A DNA stretch of 64,000 bases from Cyanobacteria bacterium auto_48_18 (GCA_036170915.1 JAVHQC010000026.1:32001-96000); one strand, 5' to 3'. Shown: positions 48,634-58,322, counted from the stretch's first letter. The notes: generated by a model not told the origin, from the letters alone. Made by a program: numbers and translations.

Positions 48634-49833
48634 ATGCTCGATTTTATCAAGCTCTCTCAACTTGTAGGTCAAGTCGGCGCCGACAGTATTGTAGAAAAAC
48701 AAGACTTTGAGCGCACAATGCAACGAGCACTGGCTGCCTTCCACACCGCTCAAAACGCTGCTCAGCAGTTTGAAAACCGACTGTCAGAAAATGCACCATG
48801 GGTCTTATGGCCAACGGCTAAGCCACTTGAGCCGCTGTCGGTGCGCGAAATCGTACCAACGATTGAAACCAGCGCAAAGAAATGGACTGTGGTGGCCGTA
48901 GACGGCTCGCAAATTATGCCTTCTCATCATGAAGTGCACAATTGCTATTTGCTCAACGTGGGCCTGGCTCGTATTTCTTATGGGCTTGCTCTGGCACCGC
49001 TACTTTTGAGTGAGCCCCGTCTGCACGCTCGGCCAGACGATCTCTATCCGCTAGTCGACCGTCGGCGCGTTCATATCGACGAGCTTTATGTTTCGCTCGA
49101 GCGTGGTCTTTTTGAACTCGAGCTTTTGGCAGAGCAGGCGTGTTCTGCAGCCAGCCATGGTGAAAGTGTACTAGCCATGTATGACGGTTCCCTGATTCCC
49201 TGGTCTGTAGAAAAAATGAGCAGCAGTTATCAGGAAAGCTATTTTGCGCGCGTTGAAGCCGTGATGGCGAAGCTGAGATTGGCAAAGGTACCGATTCTAG
49301 GATACATTAGTCACAGTCGTAGTGCCGATCTGATCAATTGTTTGCGCGTTTCCATCTGCCCTTATGAAATCAGCCATTGTCGTCAGAATTGTGCCGATAT
49401 TAACGAGGAAGATTTTCCATGTTCTCAAGTCTGGCCACTGAGCGATCGCAGTTTATTCGGCAAAATTCTTGCTTTGAACGAACGTTCAAGCGTTTTTGTC
49501 AGTGGTGCCTCTGCTGTTAAGTTGTTGCCTCTTTGCGACACTACTTGTTTTGTTTACTGGCGCGGAGCCAGTGAAATTGCCCGGCTTGAATTGCCACGCT
49601 GGGTTTTTGACGACAAAATTATGTTTGCTTTTGCCCTTTCAGCTATGCGTACTCAAGTGGAGAAGGGTCAGGGCTATCCTGTAGCCCTTGCTGAGGCGCA
49701 CCATCTAGCTGTAATTAAAGGGCCAGATCGCGATCGTTTCTTCCAAATGATAACTGACAGAATGGTCAGCCTCGGCGTTGGGCAAGTACGTGTGAGCCCG
49801 AAAGAGAGTCAGAAGCGTAGAGGATTTGTCTGA
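48634..49833 (+). CDS. nurA: DNA double-strand break repair nuclease NurA family
   Basis: VAVDGSQ, DGSL, RLELP.W, GYPVALAEAHHLAVI; GAGG RBS before ATG 48634. Confidence 0.85.
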   Translation: MLDFIKLSQLVGQVGADSIVEKQDFERTMQRALAAFHTAQNAAQQFENRLSENAPWVLWPTAKPLEPLSVREIVPTIETSAKKWTVVAVDGSQIMPSHHEVHNCYLLNVGLARISYGLALAPLLLSEPRLHARPDDLYPLVDRRRVHIDELYVSLERGLFELELLAEQACSAASHGESVLAMYDGSLIPWSVEKMSSSYQESYFARVEAVMAKLRLAKVPILGYISHSRSADLINCLRVSICPYEISHCRQNCADINEEDFPCSQVWPLSDRSLFGKILALNERSSVFVSGASAVKLLPLCDTTCFVYWRGASEIARLELPRWVFDDKIMFAFALSAMRTQVEKGQGYPVALAEAHHLAVIKGPDRDRFFQMITDRMVSLGVGQVRVSPKESQKRRGFV

Positions 49834-50134
49834 CGATTTGAGCACTCTTTTTTTTCGGGAGTATGCGTCTAAGGCCTCATTTAGTACCTGAGTTAGTACT
49901 TAAATGGGTATAGACACTATATAAGCGTGCTGCTAAATTATTAGCTACGACTAATTGTGCTCAAACCCATAAGGCTATATAGGACTTTAAGTAGCAAGCT
50001 GGGTAGAAATCAAGAAGCCGCAGCAAGAATGACGGGTGTGAAAATTGATTTCCAACGTACTGCTCTTCGTGAAAAGTTTAGGCACTTCCGTTACGCTCAG
50101 TAAGGGTGGGTTGATTCTTCCTGACTTTTTCGAT

Positions 50135-50638
50135 ATGGGTCGCAACAAACAAAGATTGACCCGCATGCGTGTGCAATCTCATCAAGGTGCATTCGATCTC
50201 GACGATGCGCGCAGAATGGCAGACACTGGGCGAGAAGATAATGTTCTCTGTCGCGAGCGTCAAAAAGAAGCGATGCTGCATTGGTTTGGCGATACTCACC
50301 GCTCTGAAGTCGAAGATATAGAGCAGCGAATCAATAACGTCGAGCGCAGTCGTCGTGCGGGTATGCCGCAGATTGAACCTCTGCCGTCAATAGAAGATAG
50401 TTTTCTTGCCTGGACTAATGAAGACGAGTATCTTTTTGAATCTAAGATCAAAGAATCGTGGAAAGATTTTGAAGATGATCACACAGGCTTAGTATTGGCT
50501 TCTAGTTATTGCTACGAAGATGATGAACTCGACGCCGAGATGCTCGAAATTCTTCTGACTCAAGAAGAGAACCGCAAATATCTAGCACCGGAAGAGGCCG
50601 CGCCAATAGTTGTTAACTCCAGCTACTGGATAGACTGA
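50135..50638 (+). CDS. Hypothetical acidic protein (start uncertain)
   Basis: Long ORF with D/E-rich C-terminus; no clear RBS at ATG 50135. Confidence 0.5.
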   Translation: MGRNKQRLTRMRVQSHQGAFDLDDARRMADTGREDNVLCRERQKEAMLHWFGDTHRSEVEDIEQRINNVERSRRAGMPQIEPLPSIEDSFLAWTNEDEYLFESKIKESWKDFEDDHTGLVLASSYCYEDDELDAEMLEILLTQEENRKYLAPEEAAPIVVNSSYWID

Positions 50639-50654
50639 TTGGTTATGCTTAAGC

Positions 50655-52118
50655 ATGCGTGATTTGTTGCGCTGGAATGGCACCATTGATAGGGCTCCAT
50701 ATGTTAAGTGGGGCCTCTCGCTTATGGTGCTCAAATACTTACTCGACCAGCTGATCAGTCATCTTTTCTTTCATCGCAGCTGGTCTATTTTTGAATATTT
50801 TGCTCCTGCAGCGGCTGCTCATCGGCTTGAATCTGACGCGGTATTTTTTCTTACTATTCTGGCCGCTTCCCTGCCTTTTGCCTATATCGGTTGTGCACTG
50901 ACTGTGCGACGCTTACGCTCAGCCAATTTGCCTGTCTGGCTGGTGCTATTTTTCTTCCTTCCTGTTATCAATCTGATATTTTTCAAAATTATTTGCTGGA
51001 TGCCTTCAGTAGTCGAGCAGCATCCGATGCTTTTGGAGAGTACTGCTGTCTCACAGATTGCCAATTCGCAAGACTATGAACATCTGAGGGAGGCTGATTA
51101 TCCGGTTTCTGAAAAACTGCTTTTTGCGCGTTTTATTCCACGCACTAAGTTCTGGTGTCTTGTTGCTTCCATTGCCTATCCTGCAATCATTGGCCTGGCT
51201 GCCGGTTTCCTGGCAATGCAAACCCTCGGTACTTATGGCTGGGGGGTATTCGTGGCCCTGCCCTTTGTTCTTTCTACGCTTTCGGTTTTAATATATTCGT
51301 ACTGGCAGCCTCGTGCCTGGTTGCAGTGCTTGCAAGTGGCCTGGGCGGAGCTTATATTCATGGGCCTGGTTTTACTTTTACTTGGCCACGAAGGGGCAAT
51401 TTGCCTGATCATGGCTGCACCTCTTACATTTGGTATTGCCCTGGTGGGTGCTTTTCTTGGCTATCACATTCAACCACATACGCCTGATAAGCCTGGGCCT
51501 TTACCGCAGTTACCTGCTATGTTCCTCGGTTTAGGTCTGCTGTTACCTGCTTTCGTTTATCTCGAAGCGGCATCTGCAAAAGATTTACCGGTCTATAAAG
51601 TATCCAGTACTCTAGATGTTGCAGCACCACCTATGGTGGTATGGAAGAATGTTGTCGCCTTTAGCCAGTTGCCTGAACCTAGTCAGCGGCCTCAAGATTT
51701 GTTATTCAATTTGGGTGTGGCCTATCCTAAATGTGCTCGCATCAAAGGTAGTGGCCCTGGTGCAATTAGGCATTGCGTCTTTTCTACCGGTACTTTTGTT
51801 GAGCCCATAGCGGTTTGGGATGAGCCAAGAAGACTGGCTTTCAACGTTACCTCGCAAGCTTTGCCTATGCGCGAATTATCGCCATATAGCGGTTTGCATC
51901 CGCGGCACCTTGATGGCTATCTCAAATCAAAACATGGCGAATTTTATCTGACGGCCCTGCCTTCAGGTGGCACAAGGCTGACCGGCACCACCTGGTATAC
52001 AAACGATATGGGGCCTCAGCCCTACTGGCGAATCTGGTCTGACGGTATAATTCATTCCATTCACTTCCGCGTGCTCGAACATGTACGCCATTTGTCTGAA
52101 AATAGAAGCGATACGTAA
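50655..52118 (+). CDS. DUF805-like membrane protein fused to SRPBCC/START-like C-terminal domain
   Basis: GTIDR..Y, TVRRLR..; EGAICLIMAAP; APPMVVW..F.., F.E.I..W..P.RL.F, IH.RVL.H. Confidence 0.7.
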   Translation: MRDLLRWNGTIDRAPYVKWGLSLMVLKYLLDQLISHLFFHRSWSIFEYFAPAAAAHRLESDAVFFLTILAASLPFAYIGCALTVRRLRSANLPVWLVLFFFLPVINLIFFKIICWMPSVVEQHPMLLESTAVSQIANSQDYEHLREADYPVSEKLLFARFIPRTKFWCLVASIAYPAIIGLAAGFLAMQTLGTYGWGVFVALPFVLSTLSVLIYSYWQPRAWLQCLQVAWAELIFMGLVLLLLGHEGAICLIMAAPLTFGIALVGAFLGYHIQPHTPDKPGPLPQLPAMFLGLGLLLPAFVYLEAASAKDLPVYKVSSTLDVAAPPMVVWKNVVAFSQLPEPSQRPQDLLFNLGVAYPKCARIKGSGPGAIRHCVFSTGTFVEPIAVWDEPRRLAFNVTSQALPMRELSPYSGLHPRHLDGYLKSKHGEFYLTALPSGGTRLTGTTWYTNDMGPQPYWRIWSDGIIHSIHFRVLEHVRHLSENRSDT

Positions 52119-52127
52119 TTTTTGTAG

Positions 52128-52739
52128 GTGGAAACTATGCATGATTTAGCCCCCAGAAAAGATGTTGATCAGAAACCCCTGCCGTCTCTGAACACTGGGC
52201 GTTGTATCATCCGCCTGGCGCAAGATGCCGACGTAGATGCGGTGCTTGCCTATCATGTTGAGAATCGCGCTCACCTGGCAGACGGCGGGCCTGCATGGCC
52301 ATCCGATTACCTGACTCAAGATTATTGGCTCAAACAAATCAAGCAAAACCTGGAAGATTTCCATGATGATAAAGCGGTGAGATTTTTCTTGTTTGATCGC
52401 GCCAACCCTGGTGTCGTAATTGGTGTCGCCAACCTCAATAATATTGTGCGCGGAGCTGCCCAATATAGCAATCTCGGCTATTCCATCGCCGCTGACCGTC
52501 AGGGTAAAAGCATAATGAAAGAGGCGCTGCAATCAGTGACCTCTTACGGTTTTGTCGCTCTGAACTTGCACCGCATCATGGCTAACTATCAACCTGGCAA
52601 TCAACGAAGCGGCTGGTTACTACGTAGTCTTGGTTTCACGGTAGAAGGCTACGCTCGTGATTATTTACTCATCAACGGTAAGTGGTGTGACCACATACTG
52701 ACATCTATGCTTAACCCCAACTGGGCAGTCAAAGAGTAA
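52128..52739 (+). CDS. rimJ: RimJ/RimL-family GNAT N-acetyltransferase
   Basis: NIVRGA, LGYSI...QGK..M.EAL, LHRIMANYQP.N.RS, GF..EG.A..YL.ING.W.DH. Confidence 0.88.
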   Translation: METMHDLAPRKDVDQKPLPSLNTGRCIIRLAQDADVDAVLAYHVENRAHLADGGPAWPSDYLTQDYWLKQIKQNLEDFHDDKAVRFFLFDRANPGVVIGVANLNNIVRGAAQYSNLGYSIAADRQGKSIMKEALQSVTSYGFVALNLHRIMANYQPGNQRSGWLLRSLGFTVEGYARDYLLINGKWCDHILTSMLNPNWAVKE

Positions 52740-52848
52740 TTTTTTGTCCTTGCTCTTGTGAACGGTTGTGACTGCTGGCGCCTTAGGTGGACCAAATCGA
52801 TTTTTATCCTGATAAGATTGATGGTGCCTGCCAGTTGACCTTATTGAG

Positions 52849-54045
52849 GTGTCTAAAGTGTCTGCCGTCATAGAAAAAGCAATTTCTGCCAATCATCCGC
52901 TGGCAGATGTGGCGCAAAAAGTTTATAGCGGTGAGCGTATCACTCGCGAAGATGCCATAAGGCTTTACCAGTCTGATGACCTGGCAGCGGTGGGTGCTCT
53001 CGGTGAATATGCGCGTCGACTCAAAGCTGAGCCTGGCCACGAAAACTACGTCTATTACATTCACAACATGCACCTTAATCCAACCAATTTTTGCGTTGAG
53101 ACTTGCCGCTTTTGTTCTTATGCCAATCCTGACGAGCGCGGCAAGGCGTATACCTGGGGAGTAGATAGGGTTTTAGAAGAGGCCGGCAAAGGTGCAGCGC
53201 TCGGTATCAATGAAATTCACATGGTCGGCGGGCTCAACCCGGCTTGCGATCTTGCTTATTATGAGGAAGTGCTGCAACAGATCAAAGCTCATTTCCCGCA
53301 TATTCATATGAAGGCCTTTACCGCTGTTGAAGTTGAATATTTGGCCAATCTTGACGGTATTACCTACGAAGAAGTTTTGCAGCGTTTGATTGCCAGTGGC
53401 CTTGGATCGATGCCTGGTGGTGGTGCCGAAATATTTGATGATGCGGTGCGGGAGCGTATGGCAGTTAAAAAAACACCAGCGCCGGTATATTTGGAAATTC
53501 ACGGTATTGCTCACAAACTTGGTATTAAAACCAATGCCACCATGCTCACCGGAATTTCAGAAACAATAGAAAACAAAGTCGATCACATGTTGCTCTTGCG
53601 TGGCCAGCAAGATATTAGCGGCGGCTTCCAGTGTTTCATTCCATTGAAGTGCTATTACGACGGCACTAATATTCAAAGTGAAGTGACCGAGCCAACAGCG
53701 TCTGACCTTCTGAAAGATGTAGCGATTTCGAGAATTCTACTCGATAATTTTCCGCACATTAAGGCTTACTGGATTCAACTGGGTGTGCAGCTGGCTCAAT
53801 TGGCTCTTTCATTTGGTGCTGATGATCTTGATGGCACAATTTTGGAAGAAAAAATCACTCATGCGGCTGGTGCTAAAACACCATTGCAGCTAGCTGAAGA
53901 GAAGATGGAGCAATTAATTGCATCGTCAGGGTACAAGCCGGTTGTGCGCGATACCATTTACAATATTCGTCAGGTTTCAAATCTTGAACCTGCGGTTTTA
54001 ACCGAAAGTTTTAGCGAAAGATTGAACGCTCTTACCCAAAGCTGA
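52849..54045 (+). CDS. mqnE: Aminofutalosine synthase MqnE (CofH-family radical SAM)
   Basis: NPTNFCVETCRFC, KAFTAVE, MPGGGAEI, HIKAYW, FGADDLDGT. Confidence 0.82.
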   Translation: MSKVSAVIEKAISANHPLADVAQKVYSGERITREDAIRLYQSDDLAAVGALGEYARRLKAEPGHENYVYYIHNMHLNPTNFCVETCRFCSYANPDERGKAYTWGVDRVLEEAGKGAALGINEIHMVGGLNPACDLAYYEEVLQQIKAHFPHIHMKAFTAVEVEYLANLDGITYEEVLQRLIASGLGSMPGGGAEIFDDAVRERMAVKKTPAPVYLEIHGIAHKLGIKTNATMLTGISETIENKVDHMLLLRGQQDISGGFQCFIPLKCYYDGTNIQSEVTEPTASDLLKDVAISRILLDNFPHIKAYWIQLGVQLAQLALSFGADDLDGTILEEKITHAAGAKTPLQLAEEKMEQLIASSGYKPVVRDTIYNIRQVSNLEPAVLTESFSERLNALTQS

Positions 54046-54046
54046 G

Positions 54047-55765
54047 TTAGAGAACGATTTGACCGATGCTTCCATTGCGGTCAATTAAAAGCTGAATTGA
54101 TTGGCCGGGTCGCTTGCTGCCCATTAGCTGTTGGAAGTGTTTGTCGTTTTGAATTACTACTCCGTCGACAGCTCTGATAGTGTCGCCTCGTTGCAGGCCG
54201 CATTTTGCCGCTCTGGAAGCGATACCAATGGTGGTGACTAGAACACCTTCTTTACTCTTTTTCGCGAGGATGCCGAAGCTTGATGAAGCCGGTGGTGCAT
54301 TTTTATCACCGCCTAAAAGGCCATTGCTGTTGGCATTGTTATTGACGAACACAGCATTGCCGTTGCCGCTGTTGTTGTTGTTGTTGTTGTCTTCGGACTT
54401 ACTGCGCTTTTTCTGTTTTTTCTGATTGGGTTGGTCTGAATTCTGTTGTTGTTGATTTGGCTGTTGATATTGCTGATTAGGCTGTTGATACTGCTGATTT
54501 TGAAATTGCTGATTTGGCTGTTGATATTGCTGATTAGCGTATTGCTGATTTGGCTGTTGATACTGTTGATTTTGATATTGCTGATTAGGCTGTTGATACT
54601 GCTGATTTGAGTTTTGTTGATAAGCCTGCTGATTATTAGACTTTTGGTTGCTATTGCGCTGGTTGCGCCCAGATTGCTGATTATTTTGTTGGCCAGATTG
54701 CTGATTATCTTGATCTTGCCAGGCACGCTCGGCGTTGGTACGTTCGATTTCTTCTGCTTGTAAATTTCCTTCCAGTTGCGCCACGGCCTTTTGATAACTA
54801 GGCTCGTCAGGGTTGAGCTTTTTTGCCTGACGGAAAAAGTCTAGAGCCTGCACCGGATTTTTCATGGCCAGATAGATTGTGGCAATGTTGAATTTGATTC
54901 GCGCTTGATTAGGGGTCTTTCGATCAAGTTGCTTATACAGATCTAGAGCCGAGATAAATTCGCCTCTGCTATAAGCACCAGATGCCTCTTCGGCCAGCTG
55001 ACGCAACTCCTTCTTTTTACCGTCATCCTGTCCCTGGCTCAGCGCTTTCTTTTCCACTAAGCGGACGGCTTCTCGATATTCAGGCTTAGTGGGAATAATT
55101 TCGAGCGCTTTTTTATAACTTGATAAAGCATCGCCAAATTTGGCCATTCCTTCGTAAGCAACACCGAGGCTGAAATGCGCTTCAGCGCTATCTGGAGACA
55201 ACCGTACCGCCTGTTCAAATTTTTCAATTGCTTCTGGCTTTCGGCCCTCTTTCCACAATCGAATGGCATCGGCCGACATTTGGTTTACTTCTTCATCGCG
55301 CGCTGCCATAGCGCGTCGTCTCGCCCTGTCTGCCTCGTCTTCGCGCTTGAATTGTTCGTCCTGTTGAATCTGCTCAGGGGTGCGAGCGGCAGGTGTGTTA
55401 ACCGTGGCACTGCCTTTGTTGTTGCCATTATTACTATTGGTCCCTGCGGCCGGTCTTTCCACAGGCTTGGCTACTTGCAAAATATGAGCCATGCGCTCAC
55501 TCAACGAACCTTCGGCAGCTTCACCAAAAACTCGTTTTTCAATTCGGGCCAGTCTCGTTTCTACGCTGTCGTCATCGTAGTTTTTGAAAAAGAAGTTTTG
55601 CTCCAGCAATTTCAATTTGCCGGTTTCATCTTGATTAAGCGAGCCCTGAGCAAGAGCACTGTGTAGACAGCTGTTAGCGCTCAGCCAAAGACTGAAAGAG
55701 AGTGTGACCAGAACCGCCACGCCCCCTCGAAAAGATTTTAGATATTTCTGCGTTTTTTGCACCAT
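54047..55765 (-). CDS. Exported TPR- and PDZ-domain protein with Q/N-rich repeat region
   Basis: Signal peptide, two TPR blocks, Q/N tract, PDZ (FGI...S.AAKCGLQRGD.I.AVDG). Confidence 0.8.
   Translation of the reverse strand: MVQKTQKYLKSFRGGVAVLVTLSFSLWLSANSCLHSALAQGSLNQDETGKLKLLEQNFFFKNYDDDSVETRLARIEKRVFGEAAEGSLSERMAHILQVAKPVERPAAGTNSNNGNNKGSATVNTPAARTPEQIQQDEQFKREDEADRARRRAMAARDEEVNQMSADAIRLWKEGRKPEAIEKFEQAVRLSPDSAEAHFSLGVAYEGMAKFGDALSSYKKALEIIPTKPEYREAVRLVEKKALSQGQDDGKKKELRQLAEEASGAYSRGEFISALDLYKQLDRKTPNQARIKFNIATIYLAMKNPVQALDFFRQAKKLNPDEPSYQKAVAQLEGNLQAEEIERTNAERAWQDQDNQQSGQQNNQQSGRNQRNSNQKSNNQQAYQQNSNQQYQQPNQQYQNQQYQQPNQQYANQQYQQPNQQFQNQQYQQPNQQYQQPNQQQQNSDQPNQKKQKKRSKSEDNNNNNNSGNGNAVFVNNNANSNGLLGGDKNAPPASSSFGILAKKSKEGVLVTTIGIASRAAKCGLQRGDTIRAVDGVVIQNDKHFQQLMGSKRPGQSIQLLIDRNGSIGQIVL
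54464..54607 (-). repeat. In-frame 36-bp repeat x4 encoding NQQYQQPNQQ(Y/F)(Q/A)
   Basis: Read from translation and DNA. Confidence 0.9.
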
Positions 55766-55895
55766 AGGGAATCGAATTTTTTTTCCTGGAATCGCTCTTG
55801 TTAATGCTAGCATCATGTTTGGTATTGGGCTGCCTGATACGTTTTAAGTACGCTAGGCACTCGTCGCGGTTGCACCGAGAGGTCGTATATCTGAT

Positions 55896-57053
55896 ATGCA
55901 TCTTAACGAAGATCCCCTGAAAAAGTGGGGCGATGACGAGTTAAAGTACTGGATTGCTATAGACCTGTGCACCGGTTGCGGCTTCAGGGCAGCACGTTTG
56001 TTGCAGGTCTATGAACGCTTTGAGACCATGAAAACTTTCTGGCACGCCAGTGCCTCTGAGCTCAAAGAGATGGGCGGCTACCCTTATGTGCTCGGATGGA
56101 TTGACGACACTTTAATTGAAAAATTTATTGCCAAGCGCGCCCAGATTGATCCTGATTCGCTCATGGCACAACTTGAGGCGGCTAGGGTAAGAGCCTATCC
56201 TCTGGCGCATCCACTTTATCCATTCAATCTGCGCAATATTCATGATCCTGCCCTGGTGCTGTATGCCAAGGGGCATTTGACCATGGATGAAGTGGTTCAT
56301 GGAGTTGGAGTGGTAGGTACGCGCACACCTTCCAGCTATGGACAAAAGTTGGCTAAAGAATTTGGGCGTGAACTTGGACAGGCCGGTGTAACCGTAGTTA
56401 GTGGAATGGCTGTGGGTGTCGATTCGTTTGCCCATTACGGTGCCATCGAAGCTGGTGGCAGAACTGTTGCGGTAGTTGCCTGCGGGCCTGACGTCTGCTA
56501 TCCCAGTTCGAACAAACCCTTGTATGCAAAGCTCACCGAAGATTCCAAAGGTTTGGTTCTTTCAGAATATTTCCCTGGTATCAAACCTGAGAAGTGGCGT
56601 TTTCCAGCGCGTAACCGCATTATTTCTGGTATCAGTCAGGGCTTGCTTGTAATTGAGGCCGGAAAAGCGTCTGGGTCTTTAATTACCGCCAGGCAAGCAT
56701 TTGAGCAGAACCGACAGGTCTTTGCCATTCCCGGCCGCATAGATCAACCAATGTCAGAAGGCACCAACAGGCTCATAGCAGACAATCTGGCACAGATGGT
56801 AGTGAATCTCGATGAGATTATGAATGCAATGAACTGGGTAACCAGCTCAAGGCCTCGTAGCGAGCCTGTGGTGCTTGAATTATTCGGCAGTGAAAAGGAA
56901 GTGCATGAGCTTTTGTCTAATGAGCCAGTGCATTTTGATCAATTAACCGAAAAGACAGGCCTCAATGCGGGCCCACTTTCCAGTACTCTGACAATGTTGG
57001 AATTGGCCGGCATTGCCGAAAGGTTGCCGGGTGATTGGTATGTGCGCAAATAA
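55896..57053 (+). CDS. dprA: DNA-processing protein DprA
   Basis: VVGTR..S.YG, VSGMAVGVDS.AH, SEYFPG, FPARNRIISG, SGSLITA, C-terminal winged helix. Confidence 0.95.
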   Translation: MHLNEDPLKKWGDDELKYWIAIDLCTGCGFRAARLLQVYERFETMKTFWHASASELKEMGGYPYVLGWIDDTLIEKFIAKRAQIDPDSLMAQLEAARVRAYPLAHPLYPFNLRNIHDPALVLYAKGHLTMDEVVHGVGVVGTRTPSSYGQKLAKEFGRELGQAGVTVVSGMAVGVDSFAHYGAIEAGGRTVAVVACGPDVCYPSSNKPLYAKLTEDSKGLVLSEYFPGIKPEKWRFPARNRIISGISQGLLVIEAGKASGSLITARQAFEQNRQVFAIPGRIDQPMSEGTNRLIADNLAQMVVNLDEIMNAMNWVTSSRPRSEPVVLELFGSEKEVHELLSNEPVHFDQLTEKTGLNAGPLSSTLTMLELAGIAERLPGDWYVRK

Positions 57054-57203
57054 GCCATTGAAGATTTAACCTTAGGTTCCGGCTGATAATCTGGTGTGCT
57101 GGTGTACGTGCTCACACCCTGGGTAAGTAGTAAAAGGCTGATACTCTGGCAGTATTACCGTTATGATCTTTTTTTGGAGTCACGAATTGCCTGGCATTAC
57201 TAA

Positions 57204-58241
57204 ATGAAGCTTTGTTTGCGGTGCAATAACTATTATGGCGACGAAGTTTCTACTTGTCCGCGAGATAAACTCGCCCTCGAACCTGTGGGAAAAGACCCAT
57301 TAATTGGCGCTCTCATTAACAATAAGTATGCCGTTGAGACAGTTGTGGGCAAAGGGTCTAGCGGTATTGTTTACCGGGCGACCAGGCTGCTCATGGGTGG
57401 TGCGGTGGCGGTAAAAGTTGTGCACAGCTATCTTGGCGCCGATCCCAAGAGCATGGAAAAATTCTCCCGTGAAGTGCGAGCTCTAGAGCAGCTCCGTCAT
57501 CCCAATATTGTTAATCTGTGGGAATCTGGTGTCACCGATGACGGCCAACCCTACCTGGTGATGGACTATTTGCAAGGTACACCGCTTTCGTCATTAATTG
57601 CGGCGGAAGGTATTTTATCGGGCTCGCGAGTGTTGGAAATCACTCGGCAAGTATGCGCTGGCTTGCAAGAAGCGCACAGTCAGGGCTTTGTTCATCGTGA
57701 TATTAAGCCTGAGAATATAGTTCTTGATTCCACCAGTGAGCAAGATTTTGTCAAGGTATGCGACTTTGGTATTGCCTATACTGTCTTTGAAAACGGCCTG
57801 AATACCATCAGCAGACCTACTACTGTGGCGGGTTCGCCAGCCTACATGAGCCCCGAGCAATGTCGTGGCCTTCCCCTCGACCACAGAACCGATATCTATT
57901 CGCTGGCTCTGGTAGTCTTTGAGATGCTTACAGGCAAGAGACCTTTTGAAGCCAAGACCTCAAAGGAGTTTATGGTTAAGACTGTAAACGACAAAATGCC
58001 TCTAATGTCTACTTTGCGTCCAGATTTAGGCATTCCTGAACCAGTAGACTTGGTGGTGGCGAAGGCATTGCAGAAGAATCCAAAAGACAGACACGCTTCA
58101 GCTGTGGATTTCGCTAAAGAATTGGCCCTGGCTTGCCAGGCTGCCGACTTCTCTTCCGTTAAGGGAAGTAATCAAAAAGATGACGGCAGGTTGCAAAACC
58201 CAAGCCAGCGGGTAAATGAGCGTACGAGGGGTCCCCAGTAG
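57204..58241 (+). CDS. Soluble Hanks-type Ser/Thr protein kinase with N-terminal Cys knuckle
   Basis: CxxC..CPxD; GKGSSG, AVK, HRDIKPEN, DFG, YMSPEQ; no TM. Confidence 0.93.
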   Translation: MKLCLRCNNYYGDEVSTCPRDKLALEPVGKDPLIGALINNKYAVETVVGKGSSGIVYRATRLLMGGAVAVKVVHSYLGADPKSMEKFSREVRALEQLRHPNIVNLWESGVTDDGQPYLVMDYLQGTPLSSLIAAEGILSGSRVLEITRQVCAGLQEAHSQGFVHRDIKPENIVLDSTSEQDFVKVCDFGIAYTVFENGLNTISRPTTVAGSPAYMSPEQCRGLPLDHRTDIYSLALVVFEMLTGKRPFEAKTSKEFMVKTVNDKMPLMSTLRPDLGIPEPVDLVVAKALQKNPKDRHASAVDFAKELALACQAADFSSVKGSNQKDDGRLQNPSQRVNERTRGPQ

Positions 58242-58322
58242 TCAAAGGTCTTACATTTGAGCTTTGATTTAGTAACCTATCTGTGAGCACTGGAAGACCA
58301 GGGTCGTGAGAGGAAGAAGAGT

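Noticed and set aside
17352..49449. HIP1 octamers GCGATCGC (noticed near 17352, 28843, 49442)
   Set aside because: Only a few copies seen by eye in 64 kb, far from the dense over-representation of many oxygenic cyanobacteria; not exhaustively counted.
52849..54045. F420 biosynthesis CofH
   Set aside because: KAFTAVE and HIKAYW motifs and the presence of menG fit MqnE better; no other cof genes seen.
54313..54726. Alternative-frame ORF with ISNINS repeats
   Set aside because: Frame-shifted reading of the Q/N repeat within the TPR-PDZ gene.
58239..58322. Simple stop-codon readthrough joining kinase 1 to the 1308-aa ORF
   Set aside because: Two different in-frame stops (TAG and TGA) intervene and the downstream TTG has its own purine-rich SD, so separate translation is more likely.
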